Below are positions 25,332 through 32,000 of a stretch of 32,000 nt of DNA, piece by piece. Each line of letters starts with the position of its first letter. The first letter of the stretch is position 1. The notes beneath the pieces are model-generated. The model was not told the DNA's origin, did no database searches, and worked only from the letters and a program-made list of their open reading frames with translations. The position numbers and the translations under genes were made by a program. Source of the stretch: Mycolicibacterium smegmatis (GTDB lineage: Bacteria; Actinomycetota; Actinomycetes; Mycobacteriales; Mycobacteriaceae); contig NZ_LN831039.1 of the NCBI RefSeq assembly GCF_001457595.1, positions 6,300,001-6,332,000 on the forward strand, in the 5' to 3' direction.

Positions 25332-26192
25332 TTGGAACAAGACGATCCTCGCGATCGGCCACGCACAGAGCTCATCAACGGGCGGCAACTAGTGAACGAA
25401 CGTGACCAGGAAGACGTGTTGCGCGGCACCTTCGATCAACTGGACGAATGGCTGAGGCTGGGAGCAAAAGCCTTCGTTCCGGTGCCCGGAAGCGAACTGC
25501 ACATGGACGATCAAGACTGGCCGTGGATGCCCATCTCTCAACTAGCTCATGTCGGCCTGCAAGCTGCAGCCGACCACCTCGATGCAGTGCGTTTGCATCT
25601 CAAATCGCGCAAACTGTTCGCTGTCGCCGATCTGACGCTCAGCCGGTCAGCGCTCATCGGCGCATCGGCGGCAGTGTGGTTGCTAGCACCCGACGAGCGG
25701 ACGGAACGCCTCAAGCGGGCCCGAACCTTGGCTTCCTATGCCGCGAAGCATCACACGCAATATCTGATCGCCTTACACCGGTTGTCACCGGACCACGAGG
25801 CCACCAAACGCGTTGGCGAGCATGCTGCTATGCGGAAAGCGGAGCTCGACGCGAAGCGTGCAGCCCTGGGCGAACGCACTAAACTCGACACCACAAGGAT
25901 GATCAGCGACGCTGCTGCTGCGGTATTTGCCGCAGATATTGCCGCCGAGGCCGACTTGGAGTGGCAGTCGGGGTCAGGCGCGGCTCATGGCCTCGCCTGG
26001 TGCCTTCTCGGTGCACCCTCGACGGTGCAAGCGGGCCCGGTGGACAATTCCGGAATGACAGAGTTCCATGCCTCGGGTTCGATCGGTCGGATAGCGAATA
26101 GCTACATGGCCGCATTCCACTTGTGCAAGCACGGCTGGTCGCTGCTAAAACGCCGCAACTCTGTTGCGGACGTCCTGCGGACGGAAGGTTGA
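25332..26192 (+). CDS. Hypothetical, predicted mostly alpha-helical protein of unknown family (266-286 aa)
   Basis: It is the only long ORF in a lower-GC segment. The start is uncertain (TTG 25332, GTG 25392 or ATG 25503). The segment LSRSALIGASAAVWLLAPDE weakly recalls AbiV/DUF5677-type helical proteins. The stop codon lies 8 nt from the convergent DUF4185 stop codon. Confidence 0.55.
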   Translation: MEQDDPRDRPRTELINGRQLVNERDQEDVLRGTFDQLDEWLRLGAKAFVPVPGSELHMDDQDWPWMPISQLAHVGLQAAADHLDAVRLHLKSRKLFAVADLTLSRSALIGASAAVWLLAPDERTERLKRARTLASYAAKHHTQYLIALHRLSPDHEATKRVGEHAAMRKAELDAKRAALGERTKLDTTRMISDAAAAVFAADIAAEADLEWQSGSGAAHGLAWCLLGAPSTVQAGPVDNSGMTEFHASGSIGRIANSYMAAFHLCKHGWSLLKRRNSVADVLRTEG

Positions 26193-26200
26193 AACACAGC

Positions 26201-27307
26201 CTACTCCCACGGCTTGAGGGGGTTCACCGCGTACTGGATCACGCGGTAGGGCGTGCCGCCGCGTGGCCGGGTGTTCCACTGGCTGATGAAGACGCGGACC
26301 TCGTCGAGTGTCGAGGCCGGTGAGATGTAACCGCCATATGGCTGCGCGAGCCGGTTCACCTCCGGCGGCGGCAGGGTCTCGGCCGGGTCGGGCCAGTCGC
26401 TGGCATAGACCACGGTCGTCACGGGCACGGTGCCCAACTGTGTCGGGTCGTCGGCCACACGCATCTCCATGTTGCCGGTCGTGGCGTTGAAATATGACAG
26501 CACCGCCTTGCCGTCGATCAGGCGAATGCTCATCTCCCCCACGCGATCTGGCCACAGCGCAGTCGCCGGCTCACCCCAGCGCCCGGACGCCGAGGACCAG
26601 CCCTGCCAGGCCGCACGGTCGGTGAAGTCCTGCGGCGGTACGCGGTACAGGAACACCGGTCCGCTGCGGTCGAAGTTGTTGGCGACGATGTACACCCATC
26701 CGCGAGGTGACTCGGGGGTGGGGATCGGGTCGTAGTACCCGCTGACTTGCGACTGGTTCCCGCCCAGGTACGACGCCTCGCGCGCCGAACCGGGCACGGT
26801 GGGCCAACCGCTCTTGGCCGCATCGGCTTTCACCAGGCGCGAGGTCTGGGGCGTCAGATCCTTCGTGACGGTCACCATCATGTAGTTCTCGCGGTTGATC
26901 GACACCACCCCGGCGGGAAGCTGGGAACTGCCGGGCGGGGTCGGATCGGCCAGCAGCGGCTTGTCGACGCCGGAGACGCCGTTGTAGCGGATACCGGCCG
27001 GGTCGTCGATCGAGTCGGATTCGACGTGCAGCGCGATCGGCGAGTACCAGCCGCCGAATCCGACGGCCTGGCCTGCGAAGCTGTCGCCGCACACCTGCAG
27101 CACGCGGCTGGGGAACTCCATGAACTCGCACAGGTCGGTGGCGCCGATGCCGTAGTCACCGGTCGGTGTGCCGGTGCCGGCACTCGGCCCGATGCGCAGC
27201 ACCTGCCCAGGCACGAGCCCCGTGTCGGCGTGCGCGAGCCCCGCCGAAATGGCATTCCAGCAGAGAAAGATCGAGACGACGCCTGCTGGAATGCGGTTTC
27301 GGCGCAA
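26201..27307 (-). CDS. Secreted DUF4185-family protein (glycoside-hydrolase-like; Rv3707c-type)
   Basis: 368 aa with a TTG start 11 nt after the asd stop codon. The signal peptide is RRNRIPAGVVSIFLCWNAISAGLAHA/DT. The family call comes from remembered ask-asd-Rv3707c synteny and motifs (CGDSF, WVYIVANNF). Confidence 0.65.
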   Translation of the reverse strand: MRRNRIPAGVVSIFLCWNAISAGLAHADTGLVPGQVLRIGPSAGTGTPTGDYGIGATDLCEFMEFPSRVLQVCGDSFAGQAVGFGGWYSPIALHVESDSIDDPAGIRYNGVSGVDKPLLADPTPPGSSQLPAGVVSINRENYMMVTVTKDLTPQTSRLVKADAAKSGWPTVPGSAREASYLGGNQSQVSGYYDPIPTPESPRGWVYIVANNFDRSGPVFLYRVPPQDFTDRAAWQGWSSASGRWGEPATALWPDRVGEMSIRLIDGKAVLSYFNATTGNMEMRVADDPTQLGTVPVTTVVYASDWPDPAETLPPPEVNRLAQPYGGYISPASTLDEVRVFISQWNTRPRGGTPYRVIQYAVNPLKPWE

Positions 27308-27318
27308 CGGGGTTCAGG

Positions 27319-29626
<2,308 letters not shown>

Positions 29627-29713
29627 CTGATCAACCTTTCGCATGTGGGATCGAGCCGGAATGAGTCCCAACAAGGATAAGGGAGGCGCGCACCTTATTT
29701 TCCGGCCGGTAAC

Positions 29714-30343
29714 TTGGCGGACGTGACCGACGCGCCGAGTGATCGGCTGGCCAACACCAGCGTCCCGATCCACCCCCCACTCGCGGCCCGCTGGAGCCCG
29801 CGCGCCTTCGACGCCGCGGCAATCGTCACATCCGAGCAGCTCACGGCGGTTCTCGAGGCCGCCCGCTGGGCCGCGACATGGGGGCAGCGTCAGCCCGTGC
29901 GGTTCATCGTGGGGCGCCGCGGCGGGCAAACCGGCGCCGACGCGGCCGACGAGACGTTCACCACACTGGCCGGGTTGCTCAAACGAGGCAACAGCTACGC
30001 GCACGCGGCCTCGGCGCTGATCCTGGTGTGCGCAGACGAGGGTGAGGACGAGCGCACCGCGCGCTACGCCGCGGTCGACGCCGGCGCCGCGATCGCTCAG
30101 CTGACCATCGAGGCCGTGTCCCGCGGGCTCATCGCGCACCCGATGGCCGGTTTCGACGTCGACGGCGCCCGCGCCGCGTTCGGCGTACCCGACGGTGTGC
30201 GCCCGTTCGCGGTGGTCGCGCTGGGACACCTCGGTGACTACGCGACGGCCGACGAGGCCATCGCCGAACGCGACAGCCGCCCGCGTGAACGTCTGCCACT
30301 TGAGCAGGTTGCGTTCACGGGCCGATGGGGCAACCCGCTGTAA
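29714..30343 (+). CDS. Nitroreductase-family protein
   Basis: 209 aa (RWSPRAFD..., [45 protein letters not shown]). The start is TTG 29714 or GTG 29723. It is divergent from ask. Confidence 0.75.
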   Translation: MADVTDAPSDRLANTSVPIHPPLAARWSPRAFDAAAIVTSEQLTAVLEAARWAATWGQRQPVRFIVGRRGGQTGADAADETFTTLAGLLKRGNSYAHAASALILVCADEGEDERTARYAAVDAGAAIAQLTIEAVSRGLIAHPMAGFDVDGARAAFGVPDGVRPFAVVALGHLGDYATADEAIAERDSRPRERLPLEQVAFTGRWGNPL

Positions 30344-30358
30344 AGCGCGGTTTGAGTT

Positions 30359-30422
30359 TTAACCACGCTGCAACACTTCGCGACCATCTCCGTAACAGAA
30401 ACGTCGGTTACTGCGAGTGAAC
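30359..30422 (+). promoter_or_regulatory. Candidate GlnR boxes upstream of amt
   Basis: TTAAC-N6-GCAAC lies at 30359-30374 and GTTAC-N6-TGAAC at 30407-30422. Both fit the remembered actinobacterial GlnR pattern gTnAC-N6-GnAAC (AC-N9-AC). An extra GTAAC lies at 30392. Confidence 0.4.
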
Positions 30423-30458
30423 GGCTTGTTTCGAGCCGCCACCGTGAGGAGATGTTTG

Positions 30459-31709
30459 ATGGATACCGGAACAACAGCATTCATGCTGTGTTGCATCATC
30501 GGGCTCACGCTGATGATCCCTGGCCTGGCGTTGTTCTACGGCGGCATGGTCTCGGTCAAGAGCTCGACCAACATGATGATGATGACCTTCGGCGCGGTCG
30601 CCGTCGTCGGCCTGCTGTGGGTCCTCTTCGGGTTCTCCATGGTGTTCGGTACGTCCTACGGCGGATTCGTGGGCAGTTTCACCGAATTCGCCGGCCTGAC
30701 CGACCTTCTCGAACCCATGACCACCGTCGACGGGCTGCCGGTCAGCTTGTTCGCGGTGTTCCAGGCGCTGTTCGCGGCGATCACCGTGGCGCTGATCTCC
30801 GGTGCGGTGGCCGACCGCATGAAGTTCGGCGCCTGGATGGTGTTCGCGGCGTTCTGGGCCGTGCTGGTGTACTTCCCCGTCGCGCACTGGGTTTTCGCGT
30901 TCGACGGTACGGTCACCGAGGATTCGGTCGGCGGCTGGATCGCCAACAGGCTCGGTGCGGTCGACTTCGCGGGCGGTACCGCGGTGCACATCAACGCCGG
31001 CGCGGCCGCGCTCGCGCTGGCGATCGTGCTGGGCAAGTCCGCGATGTTCGGACGGCGCAAGCCTCACAACGTTCCGCTCACGCTCCTCGGCGCGGGCATG
31101 CTGTGGGCCGGTTGGTATGCGTTCAACGGCGGTTCGGCGCTGTCGGCCGGTAACTCCGCGGCCATCGTCATGGTCACCACGTTCGTGGCGACCTGCGCTG
31201 CGGTCCTGGCGTGGATCGCCGTCGAGAAGGTCAAGACCGGTCACGTGACCGGGGTCGGCGCGGCCTCGGGTGCCATCACGGGCCTGGTCGCCATCACGCC
31301 CGCGTGCGGCGCGGTGACGCCGATCGGCGCGATGTTCGTCGGCGGTATCGCGGGCGCGGTGTGCGTGTACGCCGTGGGTCTGAAAGACACGTTCGGGTAC
31401 GACGATTCGCTCGACGTGGTCGGTGTGCACCTCGTCGGCGGCCTGATCGGCACGCTGCTCATCGGCTTCTTCGCCAGCGAGGGCATGCCCAACGGCGTCA
31501 ACGGTCTGTTCTATGGCGGCGGCATCGACCAGTTGTGGAAGCAGGCGGTCGCGGCCGGTGCGGTGATGATCTATTCGTTCGTGCTCGCGTACGTCATCGC
31601 GTTCGCGATCAAGAAGACCATGGGCATCCGCATCTCCCCCGACGAGGAAGAAAAGGGTATCGACGCCAAGTTCCACCGCGACGCGGCGTACGAGCTCGAA
31701 TTCGCCTGA
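30459..31709 (+). CDS. amt: Ammonium transporter (Amt family)
   Basis: The ATG at 30459 is preceded by GAGGAG. The product is MDTGTTAFMLCCIIGLTLMIPGLALFYGG..., with ISGAVADRMKF, VDFAGGTAVHINAG and DDSLDVVGVHLVGGLIGTL. Confidence 0.9.
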   Translation: MDTGTTAFMLCCIIGLTLMIPGLALFYGGMVSVKSSTNMMMMTFGAVAVVGLLWVLFGFSMVFGTSYGGFVGSFTEFAGLTDLLEPMTTVDGLPVSLFAVFQALFAAITVALISGAVADRMKFGAWMVFAAFWAVLVYFPVAHWVFAFDGTVTEDSVGGWIANRLGAVDFAGGTAVHINAGAAALALAIVLGKSAMFGRRKPHNVPLTLLGAGMLWAGWYAFNGGSALSAGNSAAIVMVTTFVATCAAVLAWIAVEKVKTGHVTGVGAASGAITGLVAITPACGAVTPIGAMFVGGIAGAVCVYAVGLKDTFGYDDSLDVVGVHLVGGLIGTLLIGFFASEGMPNGVNGLFYGGGIDQLWKQAVAAGAVMIYSFVLAYVIAFAIKKTMGIRISPDEEEKGIDAKFHRDAAYELEFA

Positions 31710-31842
31710 TCCCGTTGATGACTCCCCGGTCCGGCCACCGCAGAAGGTTGTCCGCGGCGTCCGGGTCCGGGGATTCGTCGGCTTGCCGAAGTTTCATGCT
31801 GTGATACATTGATTCCCATCAAGAGACGACGGATTTGACCCA

Positions 31843-32000
31843 ATGACCTCTGATCTCGCCACACTCGCCGAGCAGTCGGGCACCAAGTTCATCCTCGCGT
31901 TGTTCGTCGACCTGCGCGGAAAGCCTTGCGCCAAGCTGGTTCCCGTCGAGGCCATCGACATGCTGGCCACCGAGGGCGTCGGCTTCGCCGGCTACGCCGT
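31843..32000 (+). CDS. Glutamine synthetase-like protein, N-terminal part (3' end outside the window)
   Basis: The ATG at 31843 opens a frame that runs to the window end. The product MTSDLATLAEQSGTKFILALFVDLRGKPCAKLVPVEAIDMLATEGVGFAGYA has the typical GS N-terminal beta-grasp. Its position downstream of amt matches the M. smegmatis amt1-glnT arrangement as I remember it. Confidence 0.6.
   Translation, partial: MTSDLATLAEQSGTKFILALFVDLRGKPCAKLVPVEAIDMLATEGVGFAGYA

Noticed and set aside
24927-25388. 153-aa minus-strand ORF opposite the small zinc-ribbon gene
   Set aside because: It has no start context and no motifs. The plus-strand frame has the better third-position GC bias and an RBS. Neither ORF is certain.
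25183-25392. 69-aa ORF containing AGVEDRWNKT, reminiscent of the N-terminal arm-binding motif of actinobacterial tyrosine integrases
   Set aside because: Only about 8 residues resemble the motif. No integrase catalytic region follows in any frame. The ORF overlaps the 3' end of the small zinc-ribbon gene. The evidence is too weak to call an integrase pseudogene.
29627-30229. 201-aa upstream extension of the aspartokinase ORF
   Set aside because: The conserved aspartokinase N-terminus [10 protein letters not shown] starts at GTG 29626. The extension overlaps the nitroreductase gene on the opposite strand.

Overview
High-GC actinobacterial chromosome. Spot counts of single 60-nt lines give about 68% GC in core genes. 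Gene content and order match fast-growing mycobacteria of the Mycolicibacterium smegmatis group. From memory this is the equivalent of MSMEG_6235-6260 and Mtb Rv3700c-Rv3709c; I have not verified that.

Left third: a methanol-oxidation locus on the minus strand. It holds NDMA-dependent methanol dehydrogenase (mno/mdo), a MoxR AAA+ ATPase and a CoxE-type VWA protein, then an Fe-alcohol dehydrogenase, a GAF histidine kinase and a NarL-type regulator. The last three are joined by ATGA overlaps. A convergent MftM-like methyltransferase closes the locus.

Middle: a DUF1348/TetR divergent pair with twin palindromic operators, a Cmx-like MFS exporter and the complete ergothioneine operon egtABCDE. 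These are followed by two secreted Cys-containing proteins, an orphan FurA-type regulator with a leaderless-type promoter and FurA-box-like operator, and a Pro-rich membrane protein with a His/Met-rich tail.

Accessory region, about 19.2-26.2 kb (about 7 kb):
- An ISL3 element with an exact 8-bp target duplication, inserted in one unit of a 75-bp two-copy minisatellite.
- A displaced 34-bp copy of the 3' terminus of the DUF4185 gene. Together with the intact gene end it brackets about 5 kb like attL/attR.
- An IS1380-family element with a CTTAG duplication.
- Four lower-GC cargo genes (about 52% by spot counts): a translationally coupled DprA-like protein and ComF-like zinc-finger phosphoribosyltransferase, and a divergent pair made of a small zinc-ribbon protein and an unrecognised 266-286 aa helical protein.

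The DprA-like/PRTase pair and its neighbours are the best candidate for an accessory conflict or defence system in this window.

Right end: DUF4185-asd-ask, a nitroreductase, the ammonium transporter amt with GlnR-box-like sites, and the start of a glutamine-synthetase-like gene.

I saw no rRNA, tRNA or CRISPR array. Family assignments rest on recognising motifs in the translated ORFs and on remembered synteny. No database search was run.
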